From IMG/VR virus record IMGVR_UViG_3300045125_000168, positions 62,001-126,000 of that record: a DNA stretch of 64,000 nt, one strand, 5' to 3'. Below are positions 11,683 through 24,385 of this stretch, piece by piece. Each line of letters begins with the position of its first letter. The stretch's first letter is position 1. A program made the translations under genes and the position numbers. The notes beneath the pieces are model-generated. The model was not told the DNA's origin. It worked only from the letters and a program-made list of their open reading frames with translations, and did no database searches.

Positions 11683-12464
11683 GCAAGAATGTCCTCGATG
11701 TTTGCCTTGAAAATATCCTCGTATTCAGGAGGCACATATTCACCCTGAAATAACTGGTCCAGGAATTGGAGTACCACAGGATCATTGAAAACGAATTTCT
11801 CAGGTGTTTGCTCTTGAATCGTCGCTTCTGTTTTTTCCATTCTCAAGCTCCAAGCCAATAATGATCGTATTGCTCGACAACATCCGAAGCATACGTTGAA
11901 TCCGGGCAAAGAGACACAAGTGCAACACGGCACTGATGACCCTCTCGGAGTAGGCCCACGACTCTTGTCGCGATCTCTTGATCCGATAATGCCGTTTTAA
12001 GGTAGTCGCAAATCTCATCAATACTCATGATTTGATATCCAAAAAAACCAGGTCTTTGACGCTACAAAACATATTCCAGTTCTGATCTGGACAATCTCCA
12101 GACTTATAGGCAAGTGTGCCTAGAACTTCTTCTGTGTAGTACAAGGGATGCTTTTCTTGACCAAGCCAGGGTCCCGAACTGTATTCGTCGGAGTCCGCAG
12201 TCATATAGACTTTCACAACCTTGGTGGGCATCAGTTCGTGACTTGAAACTTGCCGCTTATTTTTTCGATCATAGAACAACACGCACATGGGATCTTCGTT
12301 TTTCGGTTTCTTTAAGATTTCGATTGCCTCAAGAAAAGAATCCCGCAAGGCATTGATACGCCTCACTTGGTAGTCGGACCTAAAATTTTCAAAATCACCA
12401 TCCTGGGGCTCGCAAAGTTTTTCCCAAGCCAAAAGTTTTTCAGGATCAACCATAATTGTCCTCT

Positions 12465-12493
12465 TTGAATTTCTCTGGAATGTGGCTTATGAT
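12465..12493 (+). promoter_or_regulatory. sigma-70-type promoter
   Basis: TTGAAT-N17-TATGAT in the divergent intergenic region before the 12.5-13.2 kb genes. Confidence 0.45.
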
Positions 12494-12917
12494 ACCATCA
12501 ATATTTTAAAAAAAGAGGGAAATATGCAGGTTTTTGTGGTAGAAATGCTGCGTTGGGGTGAAAGAGAACTACACTCGTATGTGGCCGGAATCTACTCTAC
12601 CCTCGAAGAAGCTGAGGCTGCGGCTCAAGAGGCCGAAGAAGACCGAGGCGGAAAATATGTGGCCGAAATTGCGGCTTTCACTGTTGACCAAGGCCGCAAA
12701 AGAGATCACAGTGCTCAAGCGTAGTGACAAAAAATGGTACGAAGAAATACCCGAAGATCGAAGGTTGAACGTGGGGGACCGCGTAAAAAATATCGCGGAT
12801 TTTGAAGGAACTGTCCTTGAAGTGTCTGAAGAACATCTTGGAATACAAAGTGTGTGCGTTCGGTTCGATGTGCAGGATCGATGGCAATTAACTGAAAATT
12901 TGGAAAAAGTTTAAGGG

Positions 12918-13211
12918 TTGATTCTAGTGGACATCTCGTTTCTAGTCGCTGGTTATCCTGTACCTGTAGTTGATGGCTGGGTGAGCATAAGATCTTTGTG
13001 CCGAGCTTTGAAGCTCGACACCTCTCGTCAGAGGGAAAAAGCTGCCAAGGTATTTCAAGTCAAAACCTTGAAGGTGCCTCGGTTAGAGGCATCCGGGCGA
13101 GTAGCTTTGTATAAGCAAACGTGTATCCGACTTGAGGATGCAAAACAGTTTGTCGAATCTCAAGGTCTATGGACCCGAGGACCGTACCAAAAAGATGACT
13201 CGGCTTTCTAG
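12918..13211 (+). CDS. P22 antirepressor N-terminal-like DNA-binding protein
   Basis: WVSIRSLCRALKLD..RQREK...QTCIRL pattern. Confidence 0.5.
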   Translation: MILVDISFLVAGYPVPVVDGWVSIRSLCRALKLDTSRQREKAAKVFQVKTLKVPRLEASGRVALYKQTCIRLEDAKQFVESQGLWTRGPYQKDDSAF

Positions 13212-13683
13212 TCTGACGCGAAGGTGACCGAAAGGCTTTTATAAGTCATCTGAAATGTCGTACCGCTCAAACACGGAGAGTACGAGGGGGCAGAAGACTC
13301 CCAAAGAAAAGGTGCGTCCTCTTCGGAATAAGCACCAAAAGTGGAAGTGCCATGATCCAGCAACGGTTGCTGATACGGCATCCACTGCGAGGGGTCATGG
13401 TTTATCACCGTAAAATTCCCGGTGTTCGCGACCACAAAACCACCGCACAGGAAAAAATACAGGGGATCATTTCACCTACTCGCAGGTGGAAAAATACAAC
13501 CTGTGATGAGTCCAGTGCAAAATATATCAGCAACATATTTAGAAGCACAAAAAAAGAAAGTAATTAAGATGGTATTCCAGACCCAAGAACAACTGTGGCA
13601 ATACAGACGAACCAACCTGGGACTTCAATCTCAACTTCCGCGAAAAAAGGCATCGATTTCGCAAGTGACTTGCATGACTTTCG

Positions 13684-14525
13684 TTTAAAAAACCTTCGAA
13701 GCTCCAGATAATTTCCAGGGCTATGCGTCATCATCGGTGTCACGTCAACAGGTAGAAAATCGACCAAGCGAAAGTGTAAACATAGCCTATCGAAAAACGT
13801 AGGATGACGTAAGTGATTTTGGACTAACTCATTGTCTGTATTTTTCAGAGCTTCATAAAGAGATCCAACCGCGTTTTCAGGATCAAACCGAGGAAGGACT
13901 TCGGCAATTATCAGTTCACGCAATGACGGAGGAAACAACGGACGAATGCAATCCGAAACATCTCCAAAGAGGACTTTATAGGGCTTAATCCAAGAGAAGT
14001 CGGAAAACCCAAGAGAACGCTCCAGATGAACCGTTTTTATGGTCTTTTTTTGCCCAAGACATGGACCTTATCCTTTATCAAAGCCCACAAGTCTACGTCA
14101 CGGGTGACCACCAGATGATCCCGCTCTTTAAAAGTTTTAGTCACCGCTGCAATATAGTCGTCTGCCTCGTATCCAGGACCACCAAGTAAGTAACAAGGGA
14201 GATGACTTATCAGTCCAAAAATATCTTCTCTCACTTCTTCTGCGGTCAGTCCACCAGGGAGTTTTCTTTGTCTTTTTCGTTTTTTGTAGCGAGGGTAAAG
14301 CTCACGTCTTGATTCTGAAGATCCAACAGCATCGTAAGTAAAGACTAGGGCGGTCTCGTGCGGTTTTCCGAATTTTTGCCACACGGAGACGAGCTTGGTG
14401 TAAAAGCTCCTAATATGACCCGTGGGTTTTCCCTCTTTGAAGTATAATGCACGACTCTTTTGAAGTAGCGGAGGCCCACATCAAGTTCATCGTGTCGATG
14501 ATGATCGTGGACTTTGCACTTTCAA
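13684..14525 (-). CDS. 5'-3' exonuclease / RNase H (T4 rnh, T5 D15-like; frameshifted)
   Basis: IIIDTMNL, RRELYPRYK, GYEADDYIA, TRDVDLWAL. Confidence 0.85.
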
Positions 14526-14559
14526 CCGAGCAAGCTGTTGGTCGGAAATCCTGCACAGT

Positions 14560-14742
14560 TCAATCCCGCTTAATTTCCCAATCATCAGCTAAAAGGTCTT
14601 CCAGCGATATCGTGCGAAACCAGTCGTCAACCTCACATTGCTCTACCCAGGAGTTTTCACTCGGCCACCACTTGTAGGCTGGGACATCAAGTTCTAGCCT
14701 CCGAAACGGACGACCACTTTTGATTGCTTCGATCAGGTTCAC
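14560..14742 (-). CDS. small DUF2829/Tad2-like protein
   Basis: MNLIEAIKSGRPFRR...W.PS...EDLLADDWEI. Confidence 0.5.
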   Translation of the reverse strand: MNLIEAIKSGRPFRRLELDVPAYKWWPSENSWVEQCEVDDWFRTISLEDLLADDWEIKRD

Positions 14743-14976
14743 GGCTCAACCTCTTCAGCGTCGTCGTCCATCCATCTCTGGATGAGGGCTGCGAGCTTGG
14801 CTCTTTGCTCGGCAGTGGCCATTGTGGTTCCTTGAGGAGCAGTCATCCAATCATCCGCGAGGATGTCTTCTTTGGTAAGTCGGAAGGTATGCTCATCCAC
14901 GGCATACCAAGGTGTCTTTTAAGCCGCCCAAAGGATATTTGATGCTCGATAGCTCGCTTAAGGGCTTCAATAAGAT

Positions 14977-15438
14977 TCATGATCCCGCCTTGAAAACAAT
15001 CAAAACTTCTTCTGTTCCAGCATCGAAGTAGATCTCGTCTACCGCGAGACCCATCGTGATACCACTCTTATAATTCTCGACCTGAGAACCATAAGACTCC
15101 ACTTTGACCTCTGGATCTTTTAGGACTAATTCCTTGGTGAAACTCTTAGTGTCGTCGCTAGTTTCTTGCTCATAGTACGAGAGATTCATCAGGGCCTTTT
15201 GTCCGTCTGGAACTGAAACAGATAAAGAGAAGCCACCATCTTTACCCGCAGGTTCAAAGTCTACATACCACTTCAGAGTACCTTCGAGATAACACTCATC
15301 GAGATCGGCACCGGAGGGAATGTTGTATGCTTTATGAAAACCACCCTCCAGGTTGAAAGACTTATCTTTCAGTTCTGTCACAAACTCCAACCGACAAGAA
15401 CCAGAGGCCGCGACCGCTTGTAGTTTTTTCAAAAACAT
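14977..15438 (-). CDS. hypothetical beta-rich protein with MFLKKLQAVAA leader
   Basis: Intact 153-aa ORF; AAGATT 37 nt upstream. Confidence 0.65.
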   Translation of the reverse strand: MFLKKLQAVAASGSCRLEFVTELKDKSFNLEGGFHKAYNIPSGADLDECYLEGTLKWYVDFEPAGKDGGFSLSVSVPDGQKALMNLSYYEQETSDDTKSFTKELVLKDPEVKVESYGSQVENYKSGITMGLAVDEIYFDAGTEEVLIVFKAGS

Positions 15439-15968
15439 TGAGGGGACCCTTTCATAGTGATTCCTTTCAAATCTTTTAGGGCCTTTGTTCCAAAAGATAA
15501 GAGTGCTTTTTCAGGAAAGCATCCCAAGTAGGCTCAGAAGTTCTTCCCCGTGCATCTTTTAAGAATTTTAAAGCTGTTGTCAGTTCGTCCTTGTAAAACT
15601 TGTTAGATTTCTCTAAAAACTCGAACTCCTCGTCTTTGGGTGTCTGATTCATCCTCAGTCCGTCCTCTTATTTCATGGTTTAAAAAATCCTTGAGCAACT
15701 ATTTAAGCCTAATTTTTTCTCAAATGACTACTCCTTTTTTCAAAAAGGGGAAGGGGAGATTCCCGAACGGACAAAATCCCCAAGAGCCGAAGGCGATGGG
15801 GTTTTGGCCTGTACATGAGGAAGGGTGAGCCCGCGAGCGAAGCGAAGGGTGAGCCCTTCCTGGTGGAGACTCGACCCTAAAAATTTCAGAAAAGAAAACC
15901 CCCACGAACAACCGTGTTGTTTCCCCATCAAATAATATATCCCAGAGGGAGGGTGGCGGGGGGCGCTC

Positions 15969-17373
15969 TTAGGCTGTTAATATCGATCGTACAACCGCAC
16001 TCTTTTTCCAGGCGCGTTGTACGAGGACATATCCACCTTCGGGGCTACCGAGGCCGTTTTCTAGGTCACGCTGCAAATTCTTGTCTTGCTTCGCAGCGCG
16101 TTTGATATGGTCCTGCACTTCCTTCTTGAAAAATCTTCTCTCTTCTTCTGAGAGGCCCTCGAAGATCTTTAGAACCTCTCTGCCCAAGTCCTCGTCTCTG
16201 AGACTCTGATTCGGCTTCTGCTGCGTGATGGTGCAGATAACTCCATATAGCTCCGCGTTGGGAGTTGGAGCAGAAATCGGTGAGCCTTTTCGTCCGAGGA
16301 TTTGCAAAGATTGCTTCGATCTTTTGAAGCACATTTCGTCCTGGTCGTAGTACATGGAAAATTTTGGACCCAGGACAGTCTCCGGCTCAGACATTTCCTT
16401 TTGACGATCAGTGAACATCAGATCAGGGTGTTCTATCGCCAACTTGACGAGTGGAACACACATGCCCTTGCGCTTATAGAAACGATGCTTGTAATTGCAA
16501 CGCTTGGCTTCCGCTGCTGCTCGTTTCATCTTCAAGCCATGGATTGAATACATGCGAGCTTTGGGTTTTCGGAGTTGTATTCTTAAGGCTACAGCTTCCG
16601 CGTCCCCAAAACAACTTTGCACGTCTGGATGATCTTTGCTGGTCAACTCGGGAAAACCAGAAAGAAGTCTTTTCTTCAGACCTTGATACATGATGCTGCT
16701 ATCGCCTACACGCACACCATTTTTGATGTAGTCGTTGTAGGACTGGGCGGCCTGAGAACGGAGTTCCTTCTTGTCGTCGGTGTCTGCATAAGAGTGTTTT
16801 TTCAAGATAGGGAGACAGTCTTCAGATTTGTGTAGTAGCAAACCTCCATGCGTGGTTGAGCTCTTGCACGAACAAACCCACATCTTTCTTTCTCGCAAAT
16901 TCGCCCAGCGACACGTCAGAGTAGAACCCTGCATGGTGATTGGCGGAAGAGGATGTTTGGTTCGTGGGGCAGTTAAAGTGACCGTTCGCTTGCGCGAGCC
17001 GTAGGATATTGGTTGGAAAATTGAGTGTCCCGTACTTCGCTTGACGGAACAGATCTTGGACTCCCACCTTATCAGGTGAGGCCATGACGTAAATCAGGTT
17101 TTTGTGAACAGCTAACCCAGCATGAACCACGGGGACGTCTTTTGGCCAGTGGTGGGCAAAAGGCCCCTCGGTGGTCACAGGGTTTTCTGGATTATAATTA
17201 AGAGCAAAGTTTTTAAAATGGTGAAAGCTGAAACCAAGGGCTGAAAATTCTTGATAGACAGACCAGACCTTGGCTTTGGCTTCCGCATCAGCCTTTTCAT
17301 TGAATACGGCGAGAGTATCGTCACCTGTGATAGTGGCCCAATCGCAAATCCCTAGCTCCCTGGTATCGCTCAA
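15969..17373 (-). CDS. large hypothetical protein (frameshifted), possible replication-associated protein
   Basis: Pieces 16822-17373 and 15969-16934; basic C-terminal half; followed by a structured non-coding region. Confidence 0.4.
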
Positions 17374-17423
17374 CGCCTCGGCTAAAGGCAGAGAGATGTA
17401 AACCCAGAAGGAAGGTCCAAGAG

Positions 17424-19360
17424 TCAGACCCAGGGAGTTCTACCTGGAGCGATCGTGTCATTCGCGTAGAAGCCTTGACGGACTCGTTCGACAAACGGCA
17501 GGAAAATGTTGCGCAGGCAGCGAGCCGTATCGTCACTGGTCTTCTTGCGAACGATGGCATCGCAGCGTCGTAACCACTCGTTCCATTCTTCTACGTTTTG
17601 GCAGAGGTCGATGCTATCAAAGGCTTTCACCACATCGACATTAAAAGACCCAGCGGTTTTTTTGTCCGAGGGTCTTTTGCAGGCTTTGCATGACGTTGAG
17701 GGGAGTGGTCCCTGGCAGATATCCGCTATAACAATCTCCAAGCTGACGATTGAGAGCGCGGAGTGCGGTTTGGGCCATGATATTCAGGCCCGTATCAGTG
17801 GCTTTTTGCTCCTGGTGTCCTTGGTTCCAAACCCTACGGTCGCTGTTCTCAAGGACAACTTCTTGCAACGGAGCCTTGAGACGGAGAGGAAAGTTTTTCC
17901 TTTTTTCAAGGCAACCTTCCAGTGTTTTTAGCACAGGTGCCCAGATCTTTTCTGGGAAGAGGTATTCCTTATCCCGACTCTCGGCCCAGGCTTTGATGGC
18001 CTCTTGCAAGAGGGGGTATCAGTTGAGGCGACCACTGGTAGTGTTGCTCATAGAGCTTGTCACTCAGCGCCATAAACGCAGAAGAGGGCTTGGCGTCCTG
18101 CGGCTTTTTTGGCAACGGTTTGGTGATGGGGTTCGAGGAAACAAGGCTATTCCAAGCGCGTCCTCTGTACTTACCCTTGAGGGTTGGAAAAGCCCACTCA
18201 GGTAAATTGCGAAGCTCCCCACCGAGGACAAAGGCTTGAGCCGGAAAGTTTGCGGGGTGAAACGAATTGCTTCCGACTGCAAACTGACCTTCTTGCTTAT
18301 AGAAGAGATAAATGCCGGGGTACTTGCCGTACTCACCGATAGCCTGAACTTGTTTCAGAAAGAACGGCCATTTTTCTCCCAAAGGAAAGCAACGCAGGTC
18401 ATCATCACGTTCGATCCAGTAATTTGCCCTGTGAACAGCATAACTGGTTTCAGATCCCTGTTGCCCGAAGAGGGTAAGCCACATGCCTACTGATGGTTGC
18501 AGTTGTGCAAGGCTTTTGTCTCGGGCGTACACGATCTGATAAAGGGGTTGGAACAGGATGTAATCCATGCCCGCAGTTTGAAGTCGGAAGGCATCGAGGA
18601 TGGCTCTGAGAAAGTCGCGTTCGGACTTTCACACAGGCTCTTGAATGCACCGATTCAAAACACGACCAGATGACACCTTGGACATCGCGCTCGATCTCGA
18701 AGTTCTTAAGGCTTGGAGGTACACTTCGCGGGCAAGGCGGCAGAGCTTATTGAGCACTTCACCTAATTGAATCGCTTCGGTGTTGCGCGAGTAAAACTTT
18801 GCGTCTTGAATCTGTGCCTCTGTCTCACTGGCTCGGCAAAGCGGAGATACGATTTCTTTGAGCGAGGTCGCCCCCGAGTAAGGAGCTTTTTCGTTTCTGA
18901 CGAGGCACTCACCGTGCAAATTCTTCAGATCAGAAACTTTCTTTTTGTCAACCAGTTTCTGACCGTAGAGGCCAAAATATTTCAACTGACTGCGAGGTAG
19001 AGCCCACTGTGCTTTTTTGAGCAATGGTCCTTTGAGGTCGTCAAAGGTGCTGCCAAATTTTAAAGAGGGGTCCAGGAGTATTTCGAGAAATAGCTCAACC
19101 TCGGCCCGCCAGACTTTTGTGAGTTGGGGGTAGTTGTAAAAGCAGCGACCGAGAAGGAGTAGGGTCAAGACTTCCAAAGGCACCATAACCTCGTTCTCAG
19201 CAAGAACGGGCGGTACTTCTAATAGAAGTTTCGGCTCACCAATGACGGTGGCTTGGACGATCATACTCATGTGTCTCGATCGGTAGGGTACTCTGATTGC
19301 TTCACGGACATTATAAGTCACAGGTCCGAGCCCTTGGCGAGAGAAAAGTGAAGGGGTCAC
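17424..19360 (-). CDS. two hypothetical proteins (18629-19360; 17424-18568 frameshifted)
   Basis: Long ORFs transcribed divergently from the DNA polymerase. Confidence 0.45.
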
Positions 19361-19398
19361 TTTTTTTTAAAAAAGGTGTTTCGGGGAGTTAGGGTCCG

Positions 19399-22300
19399 TT
19401 GGTAAGTAAAAGGGAGCCATCTGCCTGGAGAAAAATTTTGGATCAGTCTTTCAAAGCTCGCGCTCGAAGAGAGCGAGCACGGCAGCTTGAAGCCGTGCGC
19501 AACTCGCATTCCTTGGTAGCCGTGAATTGCAAGGTGACTTGCTCGCAAAGGCGCGCTGCTCCCAGGTTGGAGCGCATCAAAGGTTGTACGGGAAAGAGTT
19601 TGCCGAGGTCTTTTTGTCTTCGATGCTCCGACTATGATGGAGGTCGAAGAGGGCCTTCCTCTGGTCGGTGGTGGTGGAGCGATCTTCCGTGACCAAATTT
19701 TGCGCAGGTTCACCCAGGAGACTCCAGGGTTCAGTTACCGCTTGACTTATTTGATTCGATCAATCTTGCCTGAGGACACGTCCAAGCGGTTCACCAAGAG
19801 AGAGTATGATGCCTGCTGGACCCATTTGATGACAGATTTGGGCCTGCATCGGCCACGCTTGATTGTCGCGTTTGGCACAAGCGTTTTCCAATATCTCCGG
19901 GGCAAGGCGATCAATAAGCGTGAGATCGACACGCTGCTGGATGGCAGCACCAGCATGAACTCTTTGCGCAAGCATGTTTTTAGCTTGAAACTTTTGGAAG
20001 ACTATGAACCAGACCTTCTCGTTTGCTACAGCCCCTCTTTCGTCCTCTCAAACCCAAGTGCGACCCGATACATCGAGGAAGACAGTCAACGAGTCGTCGC
20101 CACCGCAAAACGCAAGTATTCCGCTGTTGTTACTTCTGCTCGCGTTAGTTCTATTGAAATTAAAAGAATAGACCTTTTAGACACGGAAGAAAAAGCACTG
20201 AATTTTCTTACGGCTCTTGCGCAGGGCGAGTTGACAAGCGGGACACCCGTGGCGTTCGACACAGAAACGATGAATTTGAACCGCAGGTTTAACAACGCCT
20301 TCCTCTCGTGGCAGTTTTCCTTTGTGCGCGGTGAGGCCGTGGTGATTCCGATTGAGCATCCTGATAAGCCGCTATTTGAGCCCGTGGAGTCAAAAATCCG
20401 CTTGGTGGAAGCAGGTCGTCAGCTTTTTAACGCTTCCTCTAAGAAAAGTCGGATCTCGATGTTTGTGGCTCACAACGCGAAGTTTGATCTTTCTGTGTTG
20501 TATGGGCTTTTGGGTATTATCCAAAAAATCCTGACGCACCTTTTTGGTGGTGTACTCAAAACGCGATGCATTGGTTGGATGAAAACCGCAAAGGGCTTGC
20601 GCGTTTCATGGAGTCTGGGGACAAACCCTACAGTCTCAAAGACTCTCGGCAAAGAGCTTTTTAACTTTCGTTACCGGGCCGAGCATTTGGAAAAAGGTCC
20701 GATGGTCATTTGATGGACCTGGCCGATTGATGAGCTTGCCGAGTACGGTGGAAGCGATACGATTTTGACCTTGGCTCTTCAGGCCGAGCAGTTGCGGCTT
20801 GCCGATGAACAGCCTGACGCGGAGCAAAAGCAAAACTCCTCAGGTTCATGCAATTTTATTATTCTAAGACTAACCGTAGCCTCGCTTTGATGGAGTGCAA
20901 CGGGCTTTATGTGTCGAATGAGCATTTGAGCTACTTGCAAGGTGTAGACTCACCCATTTGGAACCGTATTACAGAGATCAAGCATCATCTTTTGCAGGAG
21001 AGTCCTGAGGTCTTGGAGTTTCGTCGTCGCTACTCTCACAAGCTCACTTCTAAAACGACGGTGGCTTATGATGACCTTTGGGCCGAAGATTCGGGGCCTG
21101 CGGAGATTGTCGATCTAGACATCAAAAGAAAACCCACCGCGATGCTTTTTACCTTGATTTTTTAAAACTAGAACCTTTGGAATACAGTCAAAAAACCAAA
21201 AGAACCTTCTTTGATTCTGGGTTTTTAGAGCATTACCTCAAGCTCGAAAAACTACCGCACGGCCCCTGGGGTGAGACCTTATTTGGACCATTACGCCCAG
21301 ATGGTGGAAGACCCGAAGACTGGTGATCTCGTTCCACCGCCTAATCCGCTTCAGTTAATCAGCGAGTTGGCCAAGCTGGAAAAGCTCGCAGCGGGTTATC
21401 TCAACTCGATTCAAAAGCTGATCGACGATCAGATGGGTGACTGTCGGGATAGTCGCGTTCGAGCTTCCTTCACCCGACCGGAACGGATACGGGTCGGTTA
21501 AGTTCATGCATAGCCGCAGGTTCCTTGGTTGAGGTGGTGCGTGATCTTGGTCAGTTCCCCAAAGGGATTCCGATTGAGGACGTAAAAGCGGGAGACCTTG
21601 TTTATTGTTACGATAACAGCGAGGTTCCGCAATTAACTTTAAAGCGTGTGCTTTGGTCAGGCAAACACAGGGCACCGAAAAGTTTTACGGTTGCATTGGG
21701 AGTCTGCTATCGATGGTTCCCGAGGTCACCTAGACTTGACTCCTGAGCATGGCGTTCGTCTCCTCGATGGTAGTTATGTCGCTGCTGAATGTTTGCAGCC
21801 TGATGATCGTATCCTTTGCTTAAGTCGTAAAACGCATTCCCGCTATAGCCGTTTGTATTTTTACGGTTGCTCGAAGGGAATTTTAGATCACGTTTTCGTG
21901 CATCGAACTCTGCGCCCTGAGCCTTTGGTCCCGGAGAAGTTGTTCATCATCGGGATTTGAACTTTTTAAATAATCGACCTGAAAATCTTTTGAAGACTGC
22001 GTGGTCTGAGCATTTTAGATCGAGTGGCTTGGACAAAAAAGGCAGAAGAAAGCGTAAGGTCGTTCCCTTCACACCAATATCAGAAGCGGTCAATCATCGG
22101 ATCGTTCGTATTGAAGAGCTTGCCCGTTCGGTCGCAGTTTACGATCTGCACATTGCAGATGTTAATAATTTCATCGTGAATGAGCTTTGTGTCCATAATT
22201 CTTCTCCGAACTTCCAGAATCTCCCTGCTGGACGGAATAAAGCGGCTAAGGAAATCAAAAATATGTTTCAGGCCGAGCCTCCGTCCAAAAGATGGCGAGA

Positions 22301-23170
22301 GGGAACGTGTCTGATTCAAGTCGATTATGCGGCAGCGGAAGTGTTTTGGGCCGTGAACTTTTCCAATGAGCCTGAGTTGGTGAAGTTTTTAAATGCCTGT
22401 GGGCAAGACTTGGCTCGGGCTTATGAGAACAGTGATTCTTTGCCTGATGCAGAGTTTGAAAAGATCATCCTCTCGACGGACTTTCACAAACGCACGGCCA
22501 GTTTGATGTTTGAGATACCGCCTGAGCAGGTGTCGAAGTCGATGCGGCAGGAAAGCAAGTCGATCACGTTCGGTCTTTTGTACGGTAAGACCGTGCAGGG
22601 GTTAGCGTCCGACAACGGCTGGACGGTTGAGGAAGCTGAAGCCAAGATGCGGAAGTTCTTTTCGGCTTTCCCTCGACTGGAGCGTTGGCCCAAGAGCAGG
22701 TGGAAACGGCTCGTCGCAAGGGGTATGTGGAAACCATGATGGGCCGCAGGCGCAGGTTGTCGCACTTTTATGCGACCAAGCAAATGAAACATGCGAGCGA
22801 GGCCGATCGCAAAGCCATCGAACTCACCGATCCAGGGCCAGTCTTCGGATGCGGGTATCATTGGCTTGAACAATTTTGTGGAATACGTGTTGGTCCACGA
22901 CTTGGAGCGCAGGTGGCTGGTTGAGAACGTGGTCCACGACTCGATCTTATTTCAGGTGCCGATGGGCGATGTGAGCAAAGCGTTGCCGATCATCAAGGAC
23001 TGCCTGACGACGGGTATGCGGAGTATATCGAGCGGGTGTGGGGTGTGCAGGTGCCTGTGACCTTGCGGTGTGATTTTGAGATCGGTCTCAGGTATGGGGA
23101 TTTGCACGGTTGGGACCAGAGGGCGAAGACCTTGGGTCCAATTTTGGGCAAAGTTCTGATGATGCCATGA
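19399..23170 (+). CDS. polA: family A DNA polymerase with N-terminal uracil-DNA-glycosylase-like domain and 3'-5' exonuclease, intein-containing (frameshifted)
   Basis: UDG4-like C..C...DAP...PLVG.GG...PRLIVAFG; exonuclease FDTET and HNAKFD; TGRLSS/SPNFQN; motif A DYAAAE; motif B RQESKSITFGLLYG; NSPIQG; motif C VHDS. Confidence 0.92.
21507..22199 (+). mobile_element. intein with HNH homing endonuclease in the DNA polymerase
   Basis: TGRLSS|CIAAGSLV...LTPEH...VHR...VVHHRD.NFLNNRPENL...VYDLHIADVNNFIVNELCVHN|SSPNFQN. Confidence 0.92.
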
Positions 23171-23248
23171 AACTTTGGAAAGTGGAAGATAAGTTTCAGT
23201 CTGTTGTGGTGAAAAATACAAAACCCCAACGGCATTGGACTTAGTAAC

Positions 23249-23950
23249 ATGGCAACCAGAAGAAAGCCCAGGGCAAGCAAGCCTGAACCGTCTGCTGCTT
23301 ACTTTACAAGATGATCTGGTCCGACCCGAGCAAGCCAACGGCCCAACGTATTCACCCCTACTGCCCGATGATTGATGCCCATGGCATGAGGCGCTACTCT
23401 CGACATTGAGCAGCACGGTGTCCACCTTTGGATGGGTGGAAATGGAAGAGGACACCTGCAGCAGCAAGCGATCGATTGGATTTTTGCGCAGAGAACTTCG
23501 CTCCCACTCGCAAGTCCCACCTGACTCTAGTGATCTCGTTCCCCTAGTGCGGAAACTTGACCACATGCTTTGCGTTGATTGACGTGATGCAAGGGTCCGC
23601 GGTTCCGGTTCACACCTTAGGGGTCGGTCAGATTGCCTCGTGCGGTTTGCTGCTGTTCATTAGTGGGGCTCGTGGGCATCGGACATTGACTCCCAACACC
23701 AGCATCCTGTCACACCAGTATTCTTGGGGCGCTTATGGGAAGAGCATGAGCTTTTTGCTCAGGCCAAGGAGTATGAGTTGACGGCGAAAAGGATGATGGC
23801 CCACTGACAAACGGTGTACGGGGATGTCCGAGGTGAAGATTCGTAGTACCTCTTACCCGCATAGGATTTCCTCTCTTGGCTCTCTGCAGCAACCGAGGCC
23901 AAGGCGTTAAATGTTTGCGATCGGGTTCATTCTACTCTTGATATGAATAA
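23249..23950 (+). CDS. clpP: ClpP-like protease subunit (heavily frameshifted)
   Basis: FALIDVM...VHTLGVGQIASCGLLLFISG..G.R...PNTSILSHQ. Confidence 0.8.
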
Positions 23951-24385
23951 GTTAGGAGATACTCAAAAAATTTGAAGGCGGCAGGGATGATACTGATACC
24001 AGCGTGGTTAGTTCTTTTTCTGTGTGCGGTTGTGCTCTTTGGTTGTGCATTGGATGTCTTACAATCTAGGTGCAAAAAAGACGGTTATCTGATGGGGATG
24101 AAAGCGGGTGTTTTCGTCCGAGAGATAGGAAGAACGAAGAGGCGGTCGTGAACTTTAAAGTCGTAGCACGGTGGTGGTAGGTCTTGCGTCGGTCGGATGC
24201 GCAATCCATGAAGGGTCTCAGCAGGTTGCGAAACCAGTTTGAGCGACATGTGGTAGTGGCTGGTCGAATGCGATAGGTCCCAGCGGCTCCTGCTTGTGGT
24301 GTGGAGTTTGCCTCAACTGCGAGGATGGGGCCTCTTATTTTTGCGTGAACGAAGTCGTGGTAAAAGCGAGAACAGAGGTAGGCAA

